Positions 1-9,068 of a DNA stretch of 64,000 nt are shown piece by piece. Numbering within the stretch: position 1 is the first letter of the stretch; every line of letters starts with the position of its first letter. Source of the DNA: a virus (lineage: Duplodnaviria; Caudoviricetes); the IMG/VR virus record IMGVR_UViG_3300045747_000167, positions 2,037-66,036 of that record, one strand, 5' to 3'. The notes under the pieces are model-generated. The model was not told where the DNA came from and ran no database searches. It worked only from the letters and a program-made list of their open reading frames with translations. A program made the position numbers and the translations under genes.

Positions 1-278
1 ACGGCTCGCTCGGGCCGCTCTTCATCAACCGGCGCCAGCGCATCCGGCTCGGCGACAAGCTGCCGGCCGGGCTCCACCCGACCAAGGGCTACGCCCTCCG
101 GCCTGGATGGCATGCCTGCAAGGAGAAGCTGGCGCCGCACCTGAGGCAGGGCGGTGACCGCGTCTGGTGCGCGGTGCTGCTCTGGGGCGTGACCGAGCAC
201 GATCGCCCGGCCTGCCAGGGTGGCACCTGGTACACGGCGGCCGCCATGCAAGTCATCTCGATTCTGGAGAACCAATGA
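1..278 (+). CDS. hypothetical phage protein, 5'-truncated (GSLGPLFINRRQR...QGGTWY)
   Basis: Open frame from window start to TGA at 276-278, high GC3, stop overlaps the next ATG. Confidence 0.65.
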   Translation, partial: GSLGPLFINRRQRIRLGDKLPAGLHPTKGYALRPGWHACKEKLAPHLRQGGDRVWCAVLLWGVTEHDRPACQGGTWYTAAAMQVISILENQ

Positions 279-544
279 ACGCTCTCGACAAGATCCCGCA
301 GTTCCGAGTGGACTGGGCGAACCACCTACTGTGGTGCTGGCTGGTGTTCACTGCCCTGGTGGTGGTGGGCATGCCGACCGAGTCGGCGACGCTGCTGTGC
401 CTGCTGGTGTCGGCCTACAAGAAGCTGGTGGACTACATCGAGTACCACGAGTCGGCTGGCATCTGCATCGCGAAGGGCCTGCTGACGCCGCTGATCCCGT
501 ACTCGGTGCTGGCGCTGCAGTACCTGAAGATGGTGGTGCTGTGA
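275..544 (+). CDS. small membrane protein
   Basis: GGAG then ATG 275; hydrophobic segments; stop overlaps next start. Confidence 0.6.
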   Translation: MNALDKIPQFRVDWANHLLWCWLVFTALVVVGMPTESATLLCLLVSAYKKLVDYIEYHESAGICIAKGLLTPLIPYSVLALQYLKMVVL

Positions 545-813
545 TGCGGGCCGCTCTTCTGCTGCTGCTCTGCGCTTCTGCACAGGCCGCTGACGTTCTC
601 GGGACCGTGAGCACGCGCGCCGGTCGGATCGACCTCTACGCTGATGCTGGCCACTGCGTCGGCAATGCGCTCATGGCCGAGTTCACCAGCGCTGCTGGGC
701 GCAAGGTGCCTGGCTGCTGGGTGTCTGGCCAGGGCGTCGTGCAGATCGCCTGGTCGGACGGTGATGTGACGCAGATCGATCCGCGCGCGATCAAGCGTCC
801 CGAGTCGGTATGA
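544..813 (+). CDS. small secreted protein
   Basis: Signal-peptide-like MRAALLLLLCASAQA; coupled to neighbours. Confidence 0.6.
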   Translation: MRAALLLLLCASAQAADVLGTVSTRAGRIDLYADAGHCVGNALMAEFTSAAGRKVPGCWVSGQGVVQIAWSDGDVTQIDPRAIKRPESV

Positions 814-1241
814 GCGACACCCGCCGCGCCGCCATGCGCCTGGCCGACCTGCTCGAGAGCATGGCCTCGAGCTACGGGCAGACGTTCAAGTCGCACGCTG
901 CGCTGGTGCGCGAGCTGGCCAAGCTGGTCAAGCATGACGGCGCCCTCGCCGAGCAGCAAGAGCAGGAGCCGCGCAAGTTGATCGGCTGGCGAACTGACGA
1001 TTACCTAAACGAAACCGCTGACAAGAAGATTGCCGAGAATTGGTCTGTTCATTACAGCATGCTGCCGATCTTCGATGGCGATCCGCATACGAAGCTCTAC
1101 GCCGCTCCAGTGGCGCAGCCGCTGACGGATCACTGCCCGATGTGTGATGAACGGCTGGCCGAACAACGCGAAAACCAGCAGTGGCAAGCGGATGTGGCAA
1201 AGGGGCGCGCCCTCTTGGCCGCAGCAGAAGCCAAGCCATGA
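810..1241 (+). CDS. hypothetical protein
   Basis: ATGA overlaps at both ends. Confidence 0.6.
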   Translation: MSDTRRAAMRLADLLESMASSYGQTFKSHAALVRELAKLVKHDGALAEQQEQEPRKLIGWRTDDYLNETADKKIAENWSVHYSMLPIFDGDPHTKLYAAPVAQPLTDHCPMCDERLAEQRENQQWQADVAKGRALLAAAEAKP

Positions 1242-2785
1242 GCACCAGCGTCCTCGAGCAGTTCAAGAACGACTTCCTGTTCTACGCTCCGAGGGCATTG
1301 CGCATCCGCACCAAGTCGGGCGGCATCGAGCCGCTGGTCCTGAACTCGGCGCAGATGTACATCCATCACCGCATCGAGCAGCAGCGCAAGCGCATCGGCA
1401 AGGTGCGAGCGAACCTGCTCAAGGGGCGGCAGCAGGGCGCCAGCACCTACGTTCAGGGCCGCTACTACCACAAGGTCTCGATGCAGCCCGGCGTGCGGGC
1501 GCTGATCCTGACGCACCTGGGCGACTCTACCGATGCGCTCTTCGAGATGACGAAGAGGTATCACGACAACTGCCCCGACGAGCTGCGCCCGCAGACCGGC
1601 ACCGCCAACAGCCACGAGCTGCACTTCCCGTCGCTGGACTCTGGCTACGTCGTGGCCACCGCCGGCAACCGCAAGGGCATCGGGCGCGGCCGCACGTTCC
1701 AGTACTTCCACGGCTCCGAGGTGGCCTTCTGGGAAGGCGCCGCGGACATCAAGGCTGGCCTGGGCCAGACGGTGCCGGACGAGGACGGCTCAGAGATCAT
1801 CCGCGAGTCGACTGCGAACGGCGTCGGCAACGAGTTCCACCAGGACTGGACCGCGGCCGAGCGCGGCGAGGGGGACTACGAGAACATCTTCGTGCCGTGG
1901 TTCTGGCAGCCCGAGTACCGGCGCGCGGTCTACCCCGGGTTCCAGCTGGACCCGGTCGAGAAGGACTACTTCGAGCGCTACGAGAAGCTGGGCCTGACCA
2001 TCGAGCACATGGTCTGGCGCCGCGCCAAGCTGGTCAACGACTTCAAGGGCGACATCACCCTGTTCGACCAGGAGTACCCGGCCGAGCCAGTGCTCGCCTT
2101 CACCAAGGTCTCAGGCGACCCACTGATCGGCAGCGACAAGGTCAGCCGCGCGATGAAGATCGGCCTGAACGTCGAGCCCCGCGGCCCGCGCATCCTGGGC
2201 GTAGATCCGGCCGAGTACGGCAACGACTCGACCGCCATGGTGCTGCGCCAGGGCCGGCGCGCGTACGGCATTGGGCCCGGCGAGAAGGTCTACCGGCTGC
2301 AGAAGTACGGCCCGATGGAGGTCGTCGCGAAGGTGGCCGACATGGCCGACAAGTGGAAGCCGGACGCGATCAACGTGGACGCCACCGGTGTCGGGTCCGG
2401 AATCGCCGATCGGCTCAAGGAGCTGGGCTACCCGGTCAACCGGATCCAGTTCGGCGGCAAGCCTGCGCGCGAGGAGCTGTACCTCATCAAGCGCGACGAG
2501 ATCTGGGGCGAGATGCGCGACTGGCTCGAGGACGAGCCGAACCAGCTACCCAACGACGACTCGCTGGCGACAGACATCTGCGGGCCGCGGTACAGCTACG
2601 ACTCGAGCCGCCGGCTGCGGGTCGAGACCAAGGAGTCGATGCGCAAGCGCGGCCTGCGCTCGCCCGACAGCGCTGACGCCCTGGCCCTGACCTTTGCGAC
2701 CCCGTTCGCCGCCGGCAAGGACGGCAGCAACCAGACCAGCAACGCTAACTACCGCGCTGCCCGCGGCGTGCGCCGCATCCGCTAA
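1238..2785 (+). CDS. terL: terminase large subunit
   Basis: LKGRQQGAST Walker A, HGSEVAFW Walker B region, ESTANG, RNase H-like GVDPA/VDATGVG/SPDSADAL motifs. Confidence 0.95.
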   Translation: MSTSVLEQFKNDFLFYAPRALRIRTKSGGIEPLVLNSAQMYIHHRIEQQRKRIGKVRANLLKGRQQGASTYVQGRYYHKVSMQPGVRALILTHLGDSTDALFEMTKRYHDNCPDELRPQTGTANSHELHFPSLDSGYVVATAGNRKGIGRGRTFQYFHGSEVAFWEGAADIKAGLGQTVPDEDGSEIIRESTANGVGNEFHQDWTAAERGEGDYENIFVPWFWQPEYRRAVYPGFQLDPVEKDYFERYEKLGLTIEHMVWRRAKLVNDFKGDITLFDQEYPAEPVLAFTKVSGDPLIGSDKVSRAMKIGLNVEPRGPRILGVDPAEYGNDSTAMVLRQGRRAYGIGPGEKVYRLQKYGPMEVVAKVADMADKWKPDAINVDATGVGSGIADRLKELGYPVNRIQFGGKPAREELYLIKRDEIWGEMRDWLEDEPNQLPNDDSLATDICGPRYSYDSSRRLRVETKESMRKRGLRSPDSADALALTFATPFAAGKDGSNQTSNANYRAARGVRRIR

Positions 2786-2845
2786 ACCGTCCCCAGCGTG
2801 GTGGATGCCACGCAACCTCAACTTATCAGTCAACCAGAGAACCAG

Positions 2846-3160
2846 ATGACCTATATCGCCGCAAGAAACGACCGTGTCTTCGTGCGCCGCGCCGCCAAGG
2901 AGACCACCACCGCGTCCGGCATCGTGCTGACCGAGAAGGCGGCCGAGAAGGTCGTCACCGGAACCGTCGTGGCCATCGGCCCGGGCCGTGTCACCGACGC
3001 TGGATACACGGCACCGATGGGCTTGTGGGAGGGCGACGAGGTGCTCTTCTCGAAGGTGGCCGGCGACACCGTGAAGATCGACGGCGAAGAGCTGGTCGTG
3101 CTGGCCGAGCGCGACATCTACGCCGTGCTGCGCCCCAGCGCTGACCGCGCCAAGCTCTGA
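2846..3160 (+). CDS. groES: GroES/Cpn10-like co-chaperonin
   Basis: DRVFV, mobile loop TTASGIVL, GTVVAIGPG, GDEVLFSK, ERDIYAV. Confidence 0.9.
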   Translation: MTYIAARNDRVFVRRAAKETTTASGIVLTEKAAEKVVTGTVVAIGPGRVTDAGYTAPMGLWEGDEVLFSKVAGDTVKIDGEELVVLAERDIYAVLRPSADRAKL

Positions 3161-3220
3161 CCGTCCCCCTGCAGCCGTGCCGCACCCATCCTCGCACCAT
3201 CCACGAAGGGGCTGCGGCAA

Positions 3221-3409
3221 ATGAGCGCTCAACGGCCTGACGAAGAAGCCTGCGATCAGACGGGCAACAACTTCTACGCCAAGTCAGTGTCGTCTTTGCG
3301 CGCGCGCATTGCCGACTACAAGCACTTCCTGCCTGACTGGCCGGCGCTGCACCAGTCGTTCCAACGTGACCTCGATGCTCTATTGCTGAAGTCCGATCGG
3401 AACACCTGA
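3221..3409 (+). CDS. hypothetical protein
   Basis: 62 aa ORF whose stop overlaps the portal start. Confidence 0.45.
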   Translation: MSAQRPDEEACDQTGNNFYAKSVSSLRARIADYKHFLPDWPALHQSFQRDLDALLLKSDRNT

Positions 3410-5967
3410 TGGAAGTCGTTGACGCACTGTCGCAGCACACGAAGACCGGCACCATGCCGGCCGTCGTCGGCCAGCTGTCACCCGAGGACTACTTCAAGTA
3501 CGTCGAGGAGACCCGAGCACAGCCCGCGTTCCGCACGAAGATGGACAAGGCTGCCGACTACTACGACGGCAACCAGCTGAACTCGCAGATCCTGCAAGAC
3601 CTCGAGCTGATGGGCCTCGGCTCGCTGATGACGAACCTCGTCAAGCCGGCCATCGACGCAGTGCTGGGCATCGAGGCGAAGACCAGGCAGCGCCTGCGCG
3701 TCACCGCGGATGCGGACGAAGACCAGGATGTGGCCGAGGCGCTGAGCGCGCAGCTGGCCGAGGCCGAGCGCGAGAGCCGCCTGGACCGCGCCTGCAGCGA
3801 CGCCTACGGCAGCCAGACCAAGGTCGGCCTGGGCTGGGTCCACGTCGGCCGGCAGCCGGACCCGTTCCTCTACAAGTACAAGGCCGAGGCGGTCCACCGG
3901 CGCGAGATGTTCTGGGACTGGTCCACGCCGATCAGTGACCCTGGCCTGGACACCTCCCGGTACCTCATCCGCGCCAAGTGGTTCCCGACCGAGCAGGTCA
4001 AGGCAGCCATGCCGCAGCACGGCGACCTGATCAACGCATCGGCCGGCGGCTGGCAGCCGGACTGGCTGCAGCGTGCGCGCGAAGACACCTCACTGCTGAA
4101 TGCCTACGACCAGGAGACCCGCATGTCGGTCTCCTCGTGGGACTGGCGGAACATCGACAACCGGCGCATCGCGCTGCAGGAAGTCTGGTACGCCAAGTAC
4201 ATCCGCGGCCTGGTGCTGAACCTCGGCGACAAGGTGGTCGAGTTCGACAAGAAGAACCGACTCCACATGGCCGCCGTCGGGTCTGGCCGCTTCACGCCGA
4301 CCCCAGCGATCTACCGCAAGCTGCGTTCCTCGATCTGGTTCGGACCGCATCTGCTGCAGGACTACGACGCGAACACGAACAAGTTCCCGTACGTCCCGTT
4401 CTGGGGCTTCCGCGAGGACTTGACCGGCACACCGTACGGCCTGATCCGCTCGATGATCCCGCTGCAGGACGAGGTCAATGCCCGCCGGCGCAAGCTGATG
4501 TGGCTCCTGTCCTCGAAACGGGTGCAGATCGACAGCGACGCCCTCGACGCGCGCTTCAACGACTTCGCCGACCTAGTCGACGAGGTGTCGCGCCCCGACG
4601 CGATGATCGTGACGAACCCGACGCGGACCAACAAGGACGCGGTCAAGGTCGAGTCCGACCTCGGCCTGAGCCAGCAGCAGTTCGAGGTGCTGGCTGAGGC
4701 CAAGCAGGGCATCCAGGACGCGGCTGGCATCTTCAACTCCGTGATGGGGAAGAAGGACACCGGCGCCGACAGCGGCCTGGCGATGAACACCCTGGTCGAG
4801 CAGTCATCGAACACGCTCGGCGAGCTGAACGACAACTTCCGCTTCGCGCGCCAGGAGGCTGCGATGCGCCTGCTGGACATGATCCGGCAGGACTCGAGCG
4901 GCAAGCAGATTGACGTGGTGGTCGGCGAGACCAATGCGCGCAAGCGGACCATCTCCCTGAACACGCCGCAGGTCGACGAGCTGACGGGCATCCAGTACCA
5001 CGAGAACAGCACCGACAAAACGGCCTGCAAGGTCGCCCTGGAGGAGATCCCGACCACGCCGGCGTACCGCGCGCAGCAGCAGATGATGCTCAGCGAGGTC
5101 ATCAAGTCGCTCCCGCCGGTGGCCTCTGCCGCCCTCACGCCGTACTTCATCGAAGGGTCGGACCTGCCGAAGCGCCACGAGATGGCTGACGCGGCCCGCA
5201 AGGCCATGGGCATGCCGATCGATGGCCAGCCGCAGGATCCGCAGGTCGCCGCGCTGCAGCAGCAGCTGCAGGATCTGCACACGCAGTCCGAAGACGCCAT
5301 GCAGAAGTACGAGCAGGCGGTCCAGGAGCAGAGCAGCAGGGCCGAGCAGGCCAGCCAGCAGGTCTCCAGCCTGAAGCTGCAGCTCACGAACAAGCAATCC
5401 GAGCTGGAACTGCGCCACCAGGAGCTGGTGTTCGCGCACGAGAAGGACATCGCCGACAAGAAGATCGCCGAAGCACAGGCGCTCGCTCAGGCGAACCCGG
5501 CCTCGGTGCCTCCGGACCCGGTGAAGATGAGCGAGCTGAGCATCAAGGAGCGCGAGCTGGCCCTGAAGGAGAAGCAGCACGAGCTGGCCACCTCCGCTCA
5601 AAGCGCCGACCACCAGCACCGCACAGCAGAGCTGGAGCACAACCAGCTCGTGGCTTCCCAGACCCCGCCGGAGGAGCCGGAGACCGAGGACGAGGGCGCC
5701 GAAGAGGCCCGCATCCAGGAGATCGTCACCAAGCTGGTCGATCCCATCGCACAGAAGCTCGACCTGGTGCTGGACGCACTCAGCCAGGCAGCGCAGCAGG
5801 ACAAGACCGAGAAGGCCGCCAAGGCCTCGGCCCAAAAGGAGGTTCAACAGCAACAGGCAGCCGCTCAACCGGCCGCCGCCGCCCCCAAGAAGCGGAAGGT
5901 CACGATCCAACGTGACACGAACGGCCGCATGACGGGAGCGGTCCTCGAGGACCACGGAGATTCCTGA
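3409..5967 (+). CDS. portal protein, P22-like, with long C-terminal coiled coil
   Basis: DYYDGNQ, NLVKPAIDAVLG, FPYVPFWG, PYGLIRSMIPLQDEVN, SGLAM motifs; position after terL. Confidence 0.92.
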   Translation: MEVVDALSQHTKTGTMPAVVGQLSPEDYFKYVEETRAQPAFRTKMDKAADYYDGNQLNSQILQDLELMGLGSLMTNLVKPAIDAVLGIEAKTRQRLRVTADADEDQDVAEALSAQLAEAERESRLDRACSDAYGSQTKVGLGWVHVGRQPDPFLYKYKAEAVHRREMFWDWSTPISDPGLDTSRYLIRAKWFPTEQVKAAMPQHGDLINASAGGWQPDWLQRAREDTSLLNAYDQETRMSVSSWDWRNIDNRRIALQEVWYAKYIRGLVLNLGDKVVEFDKKNRLHMAAVGSGRFTPTPAIYRKLRSSIWFGPHLLQDYDANTNKFPYVPFWGFREDLTGTPYGLIRSMIPLQDEVNARRRKLMWLLSSKRVQIDSDALDARFNDFADLVDEVSRPDAMIVTNPTRTNKDAVKVESDLGLSQQQFEVLAEAKQGIQDAAGIFNSVMGKKDTGADSGLAMNTLVEQSSNTLGELNDNFRFARQEAAMRLLDMIRQDSSGKQIDVVVGETNARKRTISLNTPQVDELTGIQYHENSTDKTACKVALEEIPTTPAYRAQQQMMLSEVIKSLPPVASAALTPYFIEGSDLPKRHEMADAARKAMGMPIDGQPQDPQVAALQQQLQDLHTQSEDAMQKYEQAVQEQSSRAEQASQQVSSLKLQLTNKQSELELRHQELVFAHEKDIADKKIAEAQALAQANPASVPPDPVKMSELSIKERELALKEKQHELATSAQSADHQHRTAELEHNQLVASQTPPEEPETEDEGAEEARIQEIVTKLVDPIAQKLDLVLDALSQAAQQDKTEKAAKASAQKEVQQQQAAAQPAAAAPKKRKVTIQRDTNGRMTGAVLEDHGDS

Positions 5968-5969
5968 AG

Positions 5970-6206
5970 ATGGACACACAAACCACTATCAATGCCCTCT
6001 TCGGCATCGTCAGTTTCCTGAGCGGGTTCCTGCTCAAGGCGACATGGGACGCCTTGAAGGAGCTGCGCGTCGACATGGCCACGCTGCGCCAGTCGATCGC
6101 CGACAACTACGTCCGGCGAGACGACTTCCGAGAGCATTCCGACCGGGTGATGAACCTGCTCGACAAGATCTACGAGAAGCTGGACGGCAAAGAGGACAAG
6201 CACTGA
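5970..6206 (+). CDS. holin/antiholin-like small membrane protein
   Basis: N-terminal TM plus coiled coil ending KLDGKEDK; precedes endolysin. Confidence 0.6.
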   Translation: MDTQTTINALFGIVSFLSGFLLKATWDALKELRVDMATLRQSIADNYVRRDDFREHSDRVMNLLDKIYEKLDGKEDKH

Positions 6207-6424
6207 TGCTCAAGCACCTCTTCACCGGCCTCGACGGGGTCACCTACGACATCGGCAGGGTCGGCGGCGCGCTGTCGTTCCTGGTCGGCCTGGGCCTGGA
6301 GGTCTACAGCGTCGTCTGGCACGTCCAGTTCGACTTCCTGGCCTACGGTGCCGGCATCGCAGCCATGGCAGCCGGCATCGGTGCGCTCCTGAAGCTCAAG
6401 GAGAGTCAGGAACCGAAGCCATGA
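6206..6424 (+). CDS. putative holin (2 TM)
   Basis: TGATG coupling, two hydrophobic helices, charged C-terminus, directly before endolysin. Confidence 0.65.
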   Translation: MLKHLFTGLDGVTYDIGRVGGALSFLVGLGLEVYSVVWHVQFDFLAYGAGIAAMAAGIGALLKLKESQEPKP

Positions 6425-6855
6425 TCACCACCGAGCAGTATTTCGGCGGCCGGCGCGAGTCTCACCCGACCGAGTGCAGCCCATGGATCGATGACAACGC
6501 GCACCGCACGGTGGGCATCCTCAACCAGATGATCGCTCGCGCTGAGTCGTTTGGTGTTGTGATTCCACTCAATCCATGTGGCGATTTCGCGGGTTCGCAA
6601 CTTGCCAGCGGCTGGCGGCCTCCGACCATCAACAGTTGCACGCCAGGCGCTGCGCTCAACAGCAAGCACATGACCGCGGAGGCGGGCGACCTGATGGACC
6701 CACATGGCCACTTCAAGGCCTGGCTGGCCACGCCTGAGGGCCAGTACAGCCTGGTCGACATCGGGTTGTGGATGGAGGATCCAGGGCACACCCCGACCTG
6801 GGTCCATCTGCAGGTCAAGCCGCCCAAGTCAGGCAAGCGCACGTTCATCCCATGA
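6421..6855 (+). CDS. endolysin, peptidase M15 family
   Basis: SGWR...SKHMTAEAGD...WVHLQ zinc-binding pattern. Confidence 0.8.
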   Translation: MITTEQYFGGRRESHPTECSPWIDDNAHRTVGILNQMIARAESFGVVIPLNPCGDFAGSQLASGWRPPTINSCTPGAALNSKHMTAEAGDLMDPHGHFKAWLATPEGQYSLVDIGLWMEDPGHTPTWVHLQVKPPKSGKRTFIP

Positions 6856-7265
6856 CGACAGTCGCGGCCTCCGTGGCCGAGGGCGTCATGTGCTCCGACT
6901 CGCAGTGGAGCGACGGCATCCACAAGGGGCTGATGCGCAAGGTGTTCCGCATCCGCGGCAGCCTGATCGGCGTGGCCGGCGACATGCGGCAGATCGTCGA
7001 ATGGGTGGCTGCATGGAAGGACGACCCGCGGGGCAGGCACAAGCAGAGCATTCACGCCCTCATCCTGAGCGCGGAAGGGCTCTCCACCTGGGACAACACG
7101 CAGCTCTTGATGCCCACCAATGAGCTGTACCAGGCGATCGGATCAGGCGCCGACTTCGCGCTTGGGGCCATGGACCAGGGAGCGAGCTGCCGCGAAGCGG
7201 TACGCATCGCATGCCGACGGGACGCCTCCAGTGGCCCGCCCGTCCGAACCTACAAACTGAGGTGA
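6852..7265 (+). CDS. HslV/proteasome-beta-like Ntn hydrolase
   Basis: N-terminal MTTVA, SDSQ, GVAGD, AIGSGADFALGAM, RRDASSG. Confidence 0.75.
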   Translation: MTTVAASVAEGVMCSDSQWSDGIHKGLMRKVFRIRGSLIGVAGDMRQIVEWVAAWKDDPRGRHKQSIHALILSAEGLSTWDNTQLLMPTNELYQAIGSGADFALGAMDQGASCREAVRIACRRDASSGPPVRTYKLR

Positions 7266-7269
7266 CACT

Positions 7270-8487
7270 TTGGCCGCAAAACCGACCCCACAGAGCCTGC
7301 TGCTGCAAGCAGTGCGAACCCTCGAAGAGTGCGGCGGCAATGCGTCCGCAGCGGCCAAGGCGCTCAGCATCCCGCGGGCGACCCTGCAGTGCCGGATCCA
7401 GGCCGCACAACTGGCCAACATAACAGCCGAGACGAGCGTACCAAGTGATGCCAGTCGCATCCGCGATCTGGAGTCTCAACTGCGCGAAGCGCGTCAGGAG
7501 ACCCTGGACGCAGAATACGTCAAGTCGAAGATTCTGCACCTGTCTGAACTCGAGCCAAAAGTCCCAGACTGGACTATTCGTCCTGTAAAGTCCTACAGCT
7601 TCACGGGCGTGCCGACGCTGTTCTGCTCCGACCTGCACTGGGGCGAGATCGTCGACCCACGCCAGATCGGCGGCGTGAACACCTACAACATGGCCATCGC
7701 GCGTGACCGTCTGCGCACCATGGTCGATGTTGCATGCGATCTGCTGTTCAACCACATAGCCCAACCCAGGTATCCAGGCATCGTCCTGGCGCTGGGCGGT
7801 GACATGGTGACGGGCGACATCCATGAGGAACTGTCAGCTACCAATGAAAAGGAGATCATGCCGGTCGTGCTTGACCTATGGAGCAGCCTGGCATGGGTCA
7901 TCGAGACGCTGGCCGACAAGTTCGGCCATGTCTTCGTGCCATGCGTGAGTGGCAACCATGGCCGGAACACTCACAAGATCCGCGCCAAGGGGCGCAACTT
8001 CACGAGCTTCGACTGGCTCCTGTACCAGTTCTTGGCCAAGAGATTCGAGGCCGACAGGCGGGTCCAGTTCCAGATCCCTGATGGGTCTGATGCGCTGTAC
8101 TCGATCTACGGTCACCGGTTCCTGCTGACGCACGGGGACCAGTTCCGCTCTGGCGGGGACAGCATGATCGGAGCCCTTGGGCCGCTGATTCGCGGGGACC
8201 ACAAGAAGCGGAGCCGGAATAACCAGATCGACCTGGGCTACGACACCATGCTCTGCGGTCACTGGCACCAGCTCATCCAACTCCAACGCCTGATCGTCAA
8301 CGGCAGCCTCAAGGGCTATGACGAATATGCGTACCAGGCAAACTTTGGGTTTGAAGTACCACGACAAGCGCTGTGGATTAACCATCCTCGACACGGCATC
8401 ACGTTCTCCGCACCAGTCAATGTCGACAAGACCAAGCAGGCCAACGAGAAGCCTTCTGAGTGGGTGAGCTGGAAGGAGGCGGCATGA
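7270..8487 (+). CDS. HTH + calcineurin-like metallophosphoesterase
   Basis: N-terminal Fis-like HTH; SDLHWGE, GGDM, GNHGR, THGD, GHWH motifs; TTG start. Confidence 0.85.
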   Translation: MAAKPTPQSLLLQAVRTLEECGGNASAAAKALSIPRATLQCRIQAAQLANITAETSVPSDASRIRDLESQLREARQETLDAEYVKSKILHLSELEPKVPDWTIRPVKSYSFTGVPTLFCSDLHWGEIVDPRQIGGVNTYNMAIARDRLRTMVDVACDLLFNHIAQPRYPGIVLALGGDMVTGDIHEELSATNEKEIMPVVLDLWSSLAWVIETLADKFGHVFVPCVSGNHGRNTHKIRAKGRNFTSFDWLLYQFLAKRFEADRRVQFQIPDGSDALYSIYGHRFLLTHGDQFRSGGDSMIGALGPLIRGDHKKRSRNNQIDLGYDTMLCGHWHQLIQLQRLIVNGSLKGYDEYAYQANFGFEVPRQALWINHPRHGITFSAPVNVDKTKQANEKPSEWVSWKEAA

Positions 8488-9032
8488 TTGCGCGCCTGAC
8501 GTGCGGCGTGTGCGATACGCCGAGACCAGTGGGGTCAGATTGCCGGCCCTGTGCGAACGCGAGGAATGCCGCGTACAAGCTGCGCCATGCGGCCAAGGTT
8601 GCCGCAAAACGGTCTGACTACAAGAAGCGGCGCCACGCAGCGAAGGCCCCTGAGCGGGCAGCCAAGAAGGCTGCGAAACGGGCATCTGTCCCTGTGCGCC
8701 GCAAGCAGGCAAAGGTCGCATGGAAGGCTCGCAACCCTGGGGCCGTCAACGAGTCGACTGCCCACAGGTTCGCCGCAAAGATGAGGGCCACGCCAGCATG
8801 GGCCGACCGCGAGCTGATGGCCGGGCTCTACACCTTGGCGAGCATCTACACCGACTTCCTCGGCGAGCGCTTCCACGTCGACCACATCGTGCCACTCAGG
8901 TCCGACATCGTCTGTGGCCTGCACACCGAAGCCAATCTCCAGATCCTCCCAGGCGCCGAGAACATCCGCAAGGGCAACCGCTGGTGGCCCGGCATGCCGG
9001 AGGACCGCAAGACCATCCCCCTTGCAGCCTGA
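8484..9032 (+). CDS. HNH endonuclease
   Basis: HVDHIVPL...VCGLH..ANLQIL...N..KGN. Confidence 0.85.
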   Translation: MIARLTCGVCDTPRPVGSDCRPCANARNAAYKLRHAAKVAAKRSDYKKRRHAAKAPERAAKKAAKRASVPVRRKQAKVAWKARNPGAVNESTAHRFAAKMRATPAWADRELMAGLYTLASIYTDFLGERFHVDHIVPLRSDIVCGLHTEANLQILPGAENIRKGNRWWPGMPEDRKTIPLAA

Positions 9033-9068
9033 CGAGGGCAGGCTTCGGCCCAAACCCAAGGACTGCAC

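Noticed and set aside
1144-2676. 510-aa alternative-frame ORF over terL, and similar R/P/A-rich ORFs elsewhere
   Set aside because: Composition is that expected of shadow frames in GC-rich genes, and host-frame codon bias is undisturbed
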